DNA from: Clostridia bacterium
Lineage (GTDB): Bacteria; Bacillota; Clostridia; Oscillospirales; CAG-272
Assembly: GCA_017447775.1 (NCBI GenBank)
Contig: JAFSMU010000030.1
Span: 21,872-85,871, forward strand
Length of the DNA stretch: 64,000 bases
Direction: 5' to 3'
The notes under the pieces were generated by a model. The model was not told the origin of the DNA. It saw only the letters and a program-made list of their open reading frames with translations, and made no database searches. Each line of letters starts with the position of its first letter. The stretch's first letter is position 1. This document shows positions 46,581 to 54,721 of the stretch, one piece after another. The position numbers and the translations under genes are program-made.

Positions 46581-47750
46581 ATGGACTATACGAAAAATCT
46601 CGACTTTGCGTGCGAAAAATTCAGAAAAATACTGCTTAAACAGCTCGCGCGCGTTGAAGATATGAAGTCGCAGGGCGATTTTACCGATTACTCGACGCTT
46701 GACACTATCCGCATTGGCATCTGCGGCGGCGACGGCATAGGTCCGATAATCACCGCGGAAGCGGAGCGCGTGCTGAAATTCATCCTATCCGACCTTGAAA
46801 AGAGCGGAAAAATCGAATTTGTAAAGATAGACGGGCTTACGCTCGAAAATCGCATAGCGCACGGCAAGGCGATCCCCGACGACGTAATGGATGAGCTTAA
46901 ATCTTGTCAGATAATTCTGAAAGGCCCGACGACAACGCCGCAAAAAGGCAGCGGAATGCCGAACATCGAAAGCGCGAACGTCGCAATGCGCAAAGCGCTC
47001 GATCTGTTTGCAAACATCCGCCCCGTAAAAGTGCCGTCAGAAGGCATAAACTGGACCATCTTCCGCGAAAACACCGAGGGCGGCTACGCAGTCGGAAGCG
47101 AGGGATTCAACGTCACCGACGACCTCGCCGTCGATTTTGTCGTGACGACAAAGCAAGGCTCCGACAGGATCGCGCGCATCGCGTACGATTTCGCGCACAA
47201 AAACGGATTTAACCGCGTGTCGCTCGTCACAAAGGCGAACGTCGTCAAGACGACGGACGGCAACTTCCTCGAGGACTGCCGCAAAGTGGCAGCGCTCTAC
47301 CCCGATATCACGACTGACGAATGGTACGCCGACATAATGACGGCAAAGCTCGTCGACACAAAGCGTCGCCGCGATTTTCAGGTGCTTGTGCTCCCGAACC
47401 TCTACGGCGACATTATCTCCGATGAAGCGGCGGAATTTCAGGGCGGCGTCGGCACGGCGGGGTGCGCAAATATCGGCAAGAAATACGCGATGTTCGAGGC
47501 GATTCACGGCTCGGCTCCGCGAATGATCGCCGAGGGGCGCGGCAAATACGCCGATCCGTGCTCGATGCTCCGCGCGTGTGTGATGCTTCTCTCGCACATC
47601 GGCTACAAAGATCGCGCAGACAAGCTCGAACGCGCGCTCGATATATGCTCATTTGAGGAGAAAAAGCTCGTCATCACGGGGCGCGACACGGGCGCGACTT
47701 GCGAGGAGTTCGGCGAGTACGTGATGGAAACGCTGAAAAAGCTCGGATAA
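46581..47750 (+). CDS. icd: Isocitrate dehydrogenase (isocitrate/isopropylmalate dehydrogenase family, NAD(P)-dependent)
   Basis: Trimmed to the ATG at 46581, with GGAGGA upstream. The sequence is IGICGGDGIGPII, FRENTEGGY and LPNLYGDIISDEAA, then AIHGSAP. The cofactor cannot be decided by eye. Confidence 0.85.
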   Translation: MDYTKNLDFACEKFRKILLKQLARVEDMKSQGDFTDYSTLDTIRIGICGGDGIGPIITAEAERVLKFILSDLEKSGKIEFVKIDGLTLENRIAHGKAIPDDVMDELKSCQIILKGPTTTPQKGSGMPNIESANVAMRKALDLFANIRPVKVPSEGINWTIFRENTEGGYAVGSEGFNVTDDLAVDFVVTTKQGSDRIARIAYDFAHKNGFNRVSLVTKANVVKTTDGNFLEDCRKVAALYPDITTDEWYADIMTAKLVDTKRRRDFQVLVLPNLYGDIISDEAAEFQGGVGTAGCANIGKKYAMFEAIHGSAPRMIAEGRGKYADPCSMLRACVMLLSHIGYKDRADKLERALDICSFEEKKLVITGRDTGATCEEFGEYVMETLKKLG

Positions 47751-47847
47751 AAAGTTATGTAAACTTTACAAAATCTATTGACATTTGTTGGCAAATGTAT
47801 AATAATAGAGAAAAGACAAACAAGTTACAAGGTTTTTTGAGGTCGAT

Positions 47848-48429
47848 ATGGAAAAGAAAAACATCATCTATTGGGTCATAATTGTAGCACTTGTGATAGT
47901 TCTCACTATTTTTCTTGTACTGTTAATCAACCAAAATACCGAAAAAGCATCCAAGCCGGAAAGAACCACATACGTTTTGCCGCCCAAAACTGTTATTTGG
48001 CTTTTCGATTCTACAGTTGAAGAATTTTTTGTGAAAGACTTTGCTTTTAATCAATATTGTGAAGATTATCGAAAACACGCTTTGGTAGATAATGACGGCA
48101 ATCTTGTTCTTAAACTTACAAAAGATCAAGAAAACGGTATGTTAGTTTGGCTAGGCGACCGTTCGGGACGCGCAAGAAGTGCGGGAATGGAAATATCAAA
48201 CGACTATACTCATATTACTTATGTTTGCACTGCAAAAGAGTTTATGAATAATTATCCGTTTTTGCTTCACTATGAACTCGGATTCAGACAACTGTTTTCC
48301 GGCAAAGATCCTGCATCAATCAGAATCACTTATACAATAATTGGAAAAACAACAAATAAGGTTATTTATGATGTGACTTGGCCGGAAAGTGAGTTGGTTT
48401 TCGATTCTCGGAATCCCGATTGGTATTGA
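47848..48429 (+). CDS. Hypothetical membrane-anchored protein in an AT-rich islet
   Basis: 193 aa with an N-terminal TM helix (IIYWVIIVALVIVLTIFLVLLI). No recognisable motif. It is clearly more AT-rich than its neighbours. Confidence 0.6.
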   Translation: MEKKNIIYWVIIVALVIVLTIFLVLLINQNTEKASKPERTTYVLPPKTVIWLFDSTVEEFFVKDFAFNQYCEDYRKHALVDNDGNLVLKLTKDQENGMLVWLGDRSGRARSAGMEISNDYTHITYVCTAKEFMNNYPFLLHYELGFRQLFSGKDPASIRITYTIIGKTTNKVIYDVTWPESELVFDSRNPDWY

Positions 48430-48469
48430 TTTATCGGAAAAACCGATAGAATAAAACAGTTTTCCAAAA

Positions 48470-48498
48470 TAAAAAGAGCCGCTCGCGGCTCTTTTTTG
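48470..48498 (+). terminator. Rho-independent terminator
   Basis: aaaaagagccgctcgcggctctttttt. Confidence 0.8.
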
Positions 48499-48578
48499 CG
48501 CACCCGACAAAAAGGGGTTGGGGAAAAATGTCGGGCGCGCATTGTCGGCGCCTTTTTTCGTTTTTTTCGCATAAATCC

Positions 48579-48607
48579 TTGACAAGCGGGAAAAATTATG
48601 GTAAAAT
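48579..48607 (+). promoter_or_regulatory. Sigma-A promoter of the serS leader
   Basis: TTGACA (48579-48584), a 17-nt spacer and TGgTAAAAT (-10 at 48602-48607). Confidence 0.6.
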
Positions 48608-48613
48608 TCTCAT

Positions 48614-48816
48614 TTGTAAAGGCATTGACGGAGAAAAAAGCCGCATTTGTTTTTCAGAGAGTCTGCGGGCGGTGCGAGCAGACAAACAGACGGCGATTTC
48701 CGCTCCCGAGCCGCGCGCGACGAGCGCGACGTATGACTGCGTTAAGGTTTTTGAGTTAAATTCAAGGTGGTACCGTGCTTATGCACCCTTGCTTATGCGG
48801 GGGTGCTTTATTTTTT
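48614..48816 (+). promoter_or_regulatory. T-box riboswitch leader (tRNA-Ser-responsive) controlling serS
   Basis: Stem I carries cAGAGAGtctgcgggcGGTGcgAG. The T-box core AAATTCAAGGTGGTACCGTGC is at 48758-48778. The terminator is gcaccc...gggggtgc plus a T-run (48783-48816). A candidate UCC specifier lies at 48699-48701, but this is not certain. Confidence 0.8.
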
Positions 48817-48839
48817 GAAAAAATTTTTCGGAGGAAAAT

Positions 48840-50126
48840 ATGATAGACTTAAAATTTTTACGTGAAAATCCCGATGTTGTAAAGCAAAACATCAAAAACA
48901 AATTCCAGGACGCAAAGCTTCCGCTCGTCGACGAGGTCATAGCGCTCGACGCAGAGAACAGAGCCACAATTCAAGAAGCGAACGATCTGCGCGCCGAGAA
49001 AAACAAGTGCTCCAAGGCAATTGGCGCTCTTATGGCGCAGGGCAAGCGCGACGAAGCGGAAGAGATGAAGAAAAAAGTCGCCGAGAGCGCGGCGCGTCTT
49101 GCCGAGCTTGAAGCAAAGGAGCCTGAGCTTGAAGAAAAGATCAGGGCTATAATGATGAAAATACCGAACATCATCGATCCGAGCGTTCCGATAGGCAAGG
49201 ACGACAGCGAAAACGTCGAGGTCGAGCGTTTCGGCGAGCCGGTCGTTCCCTCTTTTGAAATTCCCTACCACGCAGACCTTTTTGAAATGTTTGACGGCAT
49301 CGATCTTGACGGTGCGCGCCGCGTCGCGGGCAACGGATTTTATTATCTTTTGGGCGACGTTGCACGTGTCCACAGCGCCGTTACGGCTTATGCGCGCGAT
49401 TTTATGATAAACAAGGGATTCACATACGTTATCCCGCCGTTTATGATCCGCGGCGGCATCGCCGAGGGCGTTATGAGCCAGGGCGACATGGACGCCATGA
49501 TGTATAAAATCGAGGGCGAGGACCTGTATCTTATCGGCACATCAGAGCATTCGATGATCGGACGTTTCTGCGATCAGATAATCGCCGAGGATACGCTGCC
49601 TTTGACGCTGACGTCTTTCTCCCCGTGCTTCCGCAAGGAAAAAGGCGCGCACGGAATAGAGGAGCGCGGCGTTTACCGCATACATCAGTTTGAAAAGCAG
49701 GAAATGATCGTTATATGCAAACCCGAGGATGCTATGGACTGGTACAACAAGATGTGGAGCTACAGCGTCGAATTCTTCCGCTCGCTCGACATTCCCGTCC
49801 GTCAGCTCGAATGCTGCTCGGGAGACCTGGCAGACCTGAAAGTCAAATCGTGCGATATCGAGGCTTGGTCGCCGCGCCAGCAGAAGTATTTTGAGGTTTG
49901 CTCCTGCTCGAACATGGGCGACGCACAGGCGCGCAGACTCAAAATGCGCGTAAAAGGTGCAGACGGCAAGATGTACCTTCCCTTCACGCTCAACAACACA
50001 GTCGTTGCACCGCCGAGAATGCTCATCGCGTTCTTTGAAAACAATCTTCAGGCTGACGGCTCGGTAAAAATTCCCGAAGCGCTTCGCCCCTACGTCGGCG
50101 GCATGACGGAAATAAAGAGAAAATAA
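48840..50126 (+). CDS. serS: Serine--tRNA ligase
   Basis: MIDLKFLRENPDVVKQNIKNKF with an N-terminal coiled coil. Class II motifs are FRKEKGAHG...RIHQFEKQE and TLNNTVVAPPR. GGAGGA lies upstream. Confidence 0.93.
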   Translation: MIDLKFLRENPDVVKQNIKNKFQDAKLPLVDEVIALDAENRATIQEANDLRAEKNKCSKAIGALMAQGKRDEAEEMKKKVAESAARLAELEAKEPELEEKIRAIMMKIPNIIDPSVPIGKDDSENVEVERFGEPVVPSFEIPYHADLFEMFDGIDLDGARRVAGNGFYYLLGDVARVHSAVTAYARDFMINKGFTYVIPPFMIRGGIAEGVMSQGDMDAMMYKIEGEDLYLIGTSEHSMIGRFCDQIIAEDTLPLTLTSFSPCFRKEKGAHGIEERGVYRIHQFEKQEMIVICKPEDAMDWYNKMWSYSVEFFRSLDIPVRQLECCSGDLADLKVKSCDIEAWSPRQQKYFEVCSCSNMGDAQARRLKMRVKGADGKMYLPFTLNNTVVAPPRMLIAFFENNLQADGSVKIPEALRPYVGGMTEIKRK

Positions 50127-50130
50127 ACGC

Positions 50131-50161
50131 AAAAAAAATCGGGCATACGCCCGATTTTTTT
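50131..50161. terminator. Bidirectional terminator between convergent genes
   Basis: aaaaaaaatcgggcatacgcccgattttttt. Confidence 0.85.
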
Positions 50162-52787
50162 AGTATTTGTGGCTTTCTTTAACAAATTCCTCGTATTTTT
50201 CCTCGCTGTCAAGGTAAATAAATTCCTGACTGCTCGTCATGAGATACTTTCCGTTCATGCCGGACGGGATGCTGAATATCGCCCTTGCGCGATAGCCCTC
50301 GCTCGTCAGATGCGGCTCGTCGTATTCCCAGCGGTTGCCGATATGCACGGGCAGAAATTCGTCCTTCGTCGCGGCGGGAACGGAATACGACACAAGGTCA
50401 CACTCGGCGTATATCGCCTCTCCCCATGTCGATTTTATCTTCACTATTCCGACGCCCGGTGCGAAGAAATATTCCTTCACGCCGCAGTGCATACGTTTGT
50501 AGCCGTCCCCGTAAAACCACTTGTCGTCCTCGCCGTCGGGCTTGTCGACGCGAAGCGTCACCTTGCGGCAATTTTCAAATGTACCGGCGGGAACGGTTAC
50601 GGTGCCGCCGTCATCGACGGTGAAGATGAATTTGCCGTCGTCGGTGTCCCTTTCCTCGCGGTAGCCGACCGTCCATTTGTCGTCCCACAGCGTTTTCATA
50701 AAGTGATCAAGATACCTGAACGGCTTGATCCCGAATATCCTGTCCTCATATCTGCCGCGCTTGCCGAAGCGGAACGGACCGAGGGACGACACGACGTACT
50801 GATTATCAAATTTCACCCTGCTTTCAGAGACGGAAACGGTAGAAGCGTTTATCGACGACGGGCAGAGGCGGCTTTTGCCGTATTTGCGATATTCCATGAG
50901 CCGTTCGAGCGATTCTATCGCGTAAAGCGATATGCGAACGGATTCCTCGTTTATGTTCAGCCGCACGCCGCGCTTGAGCATTTCGAGCGCCTCTTCTATT
51001 TTCCAATCGCCGCAAAGAACGTCGGCAAACGAAAGATATACGGACGAGTCGAGATCAGTTGCGTTTTCAAAATCCTTCGACAGCGCCGCGGGCTCCGAGA
51101 CGGCGATGTTGACGAGCTCTCCGTCAAAATATTCCACCGTGCGCTCGATGTGCTGATACGCCCATTCCGGTTGATTGGGATTTTTGTACACCCATCTGTT
51201 GCCGACGGCGCACGGGAAATATCCGTCCCCGCCGACGACGGTGTATTCCGTAAGCTCGTATGTTTCGATCTTTTCGCCGTATTTCGCCTCGGCTTTGACA
51301 AGCCCGACGTTTTTGGCGTAGAACATATCGAGCGTAAACTCCCCGTCGTATCTTAGCTCGCCCGACGTCTTAAAATGCATACAGTCCGTGAATTTTCCGA
51401 TGGATATTTCCACGTTTTCGTCGTAGCCGACACATTCAAGCGTCGATTCTATTTTTTGAATACGGTATTTATCATTACCCGTTATCTTATCGCCCGGCTT
51501 CATCGACGTGTCGAACAGCACGCGGTTTGCCGTTGACGCAAAGAAGATAAATGACGAAAACCGGTTTGACATCCCCATAAACGACTTGTTCGAAAATCCC
51601 GGCTGATTGTGGAAAAGCAGGCGCGTCCCGTCGAATATAAGCCCCTCGGCAGTCGCGTCAAAACCGTATTTTGTCCCGCCCGCGTAGGCGTTCTCCTTCA
51701 ATTCGGCGATTTCGCGCCGCGCGGCGACAGCGTTTGCGTGATATGCGTCTTCTTTGTCTAAAAGCTCTTCCGCCTCCGCGAACGCTTTGTCCGCCTCGTC
51801 CTCTCTGTCAAGACGCAAAAGCGTCGCGCCTTTCCAAAAAAGGATCGCGCCCTTTGCGCTTTTGTAAGACGGCTCGCCCTTGAACTGCTCTATCTTCGGC
51901 AGCGCCTCGCCGTCGAGAAGATCAAGGCGTTGGTTTTCGTTGCGCAGCGCATTCATTTTCTTAAAGAAATGGACTGAGAATGCCTTGGCGTTGCAGCCCT
52001 CTTCCGCCGCTTTGAGCTGTTTTTCTTCAAGGTCGGAAACATCTTCTCCTTTTCCCCAATGCGGCATAGACATCGTTTGCGAAAGATAATTTTGCTTCGT
52101 TTTTTCGTCCTCGATGGTGTTTATCAGCGTTATCGTCTCGCTTACGTCGGCATAAAATTTATCGTCGAGACGTCCGTGTACCGTCCGATAACGCGACAAC
52201 GCTTTTATGCGTTTTTCAATTTTGTCTTTAAGTATAGTTATATTGTCTTTGTATTCGTTCATATCGTAAAGCTCCTTTCTTAATTGCTCGCGCGCGTCGT
52301 AAAGTCGGCTCTTGACCGTATTCTCCGAAAGATCGAGCCGCGCGGCAATGTCGCTCACCTTCATTCCGCGAAAATAGAACATTTCGGCGACGGCGCGCTT
52401 TTTTTCGCTGAGACGCGAGAGCGCCGCGTACACGCGCAAATTTTGCTCCTTTTGTATCGCCGCGTCGAGCGGCGATGAATCGTTTGACGGGAGAAGCTCC
52501 GCCATATCGTCTATATCCTCGTCCGTGCGGCGGGACGAAAGACGGCGGAAGCATTTTCGCCGCGCTATTTTATACAGCCACGGCGCGAATTTGTCGTGGT
52601 CGGACAGCGACGGCAGATAGACGAACGCGTCGACGAACGCCTCCTGCGTCGCGTCGTCGGCGTCAAAGCCGTTGCCGCACAGAGAGAGGCACACGCGGCG
52701 AACGCCGTCAAAATACTTTTTGACGAGCAGTCCGAAGTCGTCTTTTTTGCCGTCGAGTATGTTTTTTATAATGTCTCTGTCATCCAT
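50160..52787 (-). CDS. ECF-type sigma-70 factor fused to a ~700-aa soluble C-terminal extension (875 aa)
   Basis: aa 1-175 cover sigma region 2 (DATQEAFVDAFVYL...FAPWLYKIARRKC) and the region 4 HTH (GMKVSDIAARLDLSENTVKSRLYDAREQL). A helical/TPR-like stretch follows, then two copies of a beta-rich module, each ending in GNRW(V/E)Y. I see no hydrophobic TM segment. AAGGAGGGGG lies upstream. Confidence 0.8.
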   Translation of the reverse strand: MDDRDIIKNILDGKKDDFGLLVKKYFDGVRRVCLSLCGNGFDADDATQEAFVDAFVYLPSLSDHDKFAPWLYKIARRKCFRRLSSRRTDEDIDDMAELLPSNDSSPLDAAIQKEQNLRVYAALSRLSEKKRAVAEMFYFRGMKVSDIAARLDLSENTVKSRLYDAREQLRKELYDMNEYKDNITILKDKIEKRIKALSRYRTVHGRLDDKFYADVSETITLINTIEDEKTKQNYLSQTMSMPHWGKGEDVSDLEEKQLKAAEEGCNAKAFSVHFFKKMNALRNENQRLDLLDGEALPKIEQFKGEPSYKSAKGAILFWKGATLLRLDREDEADKAFAEAEELLDKEDAYHANAVAARREIAELKENAYAGGTKYGFDATAEGLIFDGTRLLFHNQPGFSNKSFMGMSNRFSSFIFFASTANRVLFDTSMKPGDKITGNDKYRIQKIESTLECVGYDENVEISIGKFTDCMHFKTSGELRYDGEFTLDMFYAKNVGLVKAEAKYGEKIETYELTEYTVVGGDGYFPCAVGNRWVYKNPNQPEWAYQHIERTVEYFDGELVNIAVSEPAALSKDFENATDLDSSVYLSFADVLCGDWKIEEALEMLKRGVRLNINEESVRISLYAIESLERLMEYRKYGKSRLCPSSINASTVSVSESRVKFDNQYVVSSLGPFRFGKRGRYEDRIFGIKPFRYLDHFMKTLWDDKWTVGYREERDTDDGKFIFTVDDGGTVTVPAGTFENCRKVTLRVDKPDGEDDKWFYGDGYKRMHCGVKEYFFAPGVGIVKIKSTWGEAIYAECDLVSYSVPAATKDEFLPVHIGNRWEYDEPHLTSEGYRARAIFSIPSGMNGKYLMTSSQEFIYLDSEEKYEEFVKESHKY

Positions 52788-52886
52788 TTGCGCCCCCTCC
52801 TTTCGTCAAATTGTTTTGTAGCTACACCCATAAGTGCCCGTTAATAATTAAAAGGTTTGCTTTTTTTGACAATACTAAAAAATTTT

Positions 52887-52920
52887 ATAAAAAACGCACC
52901 GATTTTACATTGGTGCGTTT
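52887..52920 (-). terminator. Rho-independent terminator after the DUF402-ASCH gene
   Basis: The minus strand reads aaaaacgcaccaatgtaaaatcggtgcgtttttt. Confidence 0.75.
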
Positions 52921-52921
52921 T

Positions 52922-53806
52922 TCAAATAAGTTTTATTTTTATCCCGAGCACGCCGTGCTCTTTTTCATTTTTCTCGCTGTAATACGCGCGCATTTGCTCA
53001 GCTCCGCCGGCGGCGTCAATACCCATCTGAAAACCCATTTCGGCCATGGGGTATTTTTCAAACAAAGTGATAAAATCGCGCTCGCGGTAAAGGTCAACGA
53101 CCTTGACGCGCAAATTTTTATCGCCACAGGCGAAATTTATTATATCGCCGACGCATATTTTTTGCCGCTTTTCGTCGTTGAGGCGAAGCTCTATCGTTTT
53201 TTCTCCGCGCAAAATCTTCTCAAAAGGCTCGTGAGTGAGATTCATTTCAAAAGTCTGCCTGCGGTCAAGCTCCGGCAAAAGATACGCAAAATATTTTTCG
53301 CAAAGCGAAATAAGATTTGATACGTTTTCCCCGCCGAAATCGTCTATCACCTTTTTGGCTGTTCTATGCGCTTTTTCATACTGATATTTCGTGATCTCGC
53401 CGCCGTCAAGCGCCGCCAAAAGCTCGTCTTCGTCGAGTATGAACACCTCCCCATGCGATTTTATCGCAACGTCAAGGTACAAATCGCAAAAGTACGTCCG
53501 CTTTCCGTCGATGACGTTATAATCGGTCATATCAAAATACGCGTGATCGAACTTCCCGTCTTTATCAAAAAGCGCCGTAAGCCAGAAAAGCTCGTTTTTC
53601 GGCGCAAGTTGAAGCCAGAAATATCCCTCGTCGATTATCGTTATTTTTATACCGTCGTCATACGTGCAAAACGACGGCGACGCAAGCTTATTGAACCTTA
53701 TAAGAGAGCAAACGCCGTCAAATTCGGGAAGCTCACAATACGCAAAATCGCGGTCGAGCACGCTTTTCCACGGGGTGCGCTCGATGTTTCTGAATTTTTC
53801 TCCCAT
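52922..53806 (-). CDS. Fusion protein: DUF402 (nucleoside di/triphosphatase-like) N-domain + ASCH/PUA-like C-domain
   Basis: The N-half YFDMTDYNVIDGKRTYFCDLYLDVAIKSHGEVFILDEDELLAALDGGEIT fits the DUF402 pattern. The C-half FEMNLTHEPFEKILRGEKTIELRLNDEKRQKICVGDIINF...HGVLGIKIKLI fits the ASCH pattern. Confidence 0.7.
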   Translation of the reverse strand: MGEKFRNIERTPWKSVLDRDFAYCELPEFDGVCSLIRFNKLASPSFCTYDDGIKITIIDEGYFWLQLAPKNELFWLTALFDKDGKFDHAYFDMTDYNVIDGKRTYFCDLYLDVAIKSHGEVFILDEDELLAALDGGEITKYQYEKAHRTAKKVIDDFGGENVSNLISLCEKYFAYLLPELDRRQTFEMNLTHEPFEKILRGEKTIELRLNDEKRQKICVGDIINFACGDKNLRVKVVDLYRERDFITLFEKYPMAEMGFQMGIDAAGGAEQMRAYYSEKNEKEHGVLGIKIKLI

Positions 53807-53807
53807 A

Positions 53808-54578
53808 TTATTTCAAAAAGCGCGGCTGCATCGGCTCGATAACTTCGATCCCGAATTTGTCGGCATATTTTTTGCCGAGCATAATTCCCTCTTCTTCCGC
53901 AACGTCGCACGGGCGGTGAGCGTCGCAGCCGAATATCGCTTTGTTGCCGACCTTTGCCGCTATGCGCCAGAACTCGTCAACGGGGTAAAATCTTCCCTCG
54001 CGCAAGCCGAGCAGATTTATTTCAAGCGGCGTGTCGTGTTCCTTGGCGCATTGGCAGATTCGCGTCATGTACTCGCGGTAAATGTCGATGTCGCCTTTAT
54101 AATTCATCACGTCAGGGTGAGCGATGTAAAAGAACAGGCCGCTCTTAATCGCGGATATCACCGACTCGACGTAATCGGAAAGGTCACTTTCGCTCTCCGT
54201 TGGAGTGGAGCTGCTGCTTTGTCCTATTTCGGTCTTTCTGTAATGCTGACCTAAAATAAGGTAATCGCATTTGCGGCTTTTTATCAGCTCAACGGTTTTG
54301 TCAACGTATTCGGGGTAATACTCCATTTCATAGCCGATATAAAGCTTTATTTTCCCCGAAAACTCATCTTTGAGCGCTTCGATAGACTCAACGTATTCTT
54401 TTTGCTGCTCGTGCGTCATTCTGAATCCGGAATAATACCCGTCGGGAAAACAATAAGGCGAGTGATCGGAAAAGCCGAGCACCTCAATTCCCCGCTGTAT
54501 TGCATATTCAACGTATTCCCTGTCGGTCCCGCTTGCGTGATTGCAGCGATATGTGTGCGTATGATAATTTGCTTTCAT
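53808..54578 (-). CDS. Histidinol-phosphatase-family PHP protein (HisJ-like)
   Basis: Trimmed to the ATG at 54578, with GAAGGAAG upstream. The sequence is MKANYHTHTYRCNHASG...GFSDHSPY...IAHPD...GCDAH. Confidence 0.8.
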   Translation of the reverse strand: MKANYHTHTYRCNHASGTDREYVEYAIQRGIEVLGFSDHSPYCFPDGYYSGFRMTHEQQKEYVESIEALKDEFSGKIKLYIGYEMEYYPEYVDKTVELIKSRKCDYLILGQHYRKTEIGQSSSSTPTESESDLSDYVESVISAIKSGLFFYIAHPDVMNYKGDIDIYREYMTRICQCAKEHDTPLEINLLGLREGRFYPVDEFWRIAAKVGNKAIFGCDAHRPCDVAEEEGIMLGKKYADKFGIEVIEPMQPRFLK

Positions 54579-54721
54579 GTTTTCATCTTCCTTCAAATTA
54601 TCATTTTATCATAAAACAAAGCCTTTTACAATATGAAAACGAAAAAAATGTCGATATTTATCTTTCATAAACGGCACATATCCGCATAAGATTTACCAAG
54701 TCAAAAAAACGGAGGATAATT

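Noticed and set aside
50169-51356. 395-aa plus-strand ORF opposite the sigma-fusion gene. Similar cases are 43083..43841(-), 47037..47597(-), 49542..50132(-), 54701..55750(-) and 59018..59932(+).
   Set aside because: All are antisense to ORFs with strong motif support and proper RBS or terminator context. They are composition-biased (R/F/V/H-rich) and lack start-site signals.
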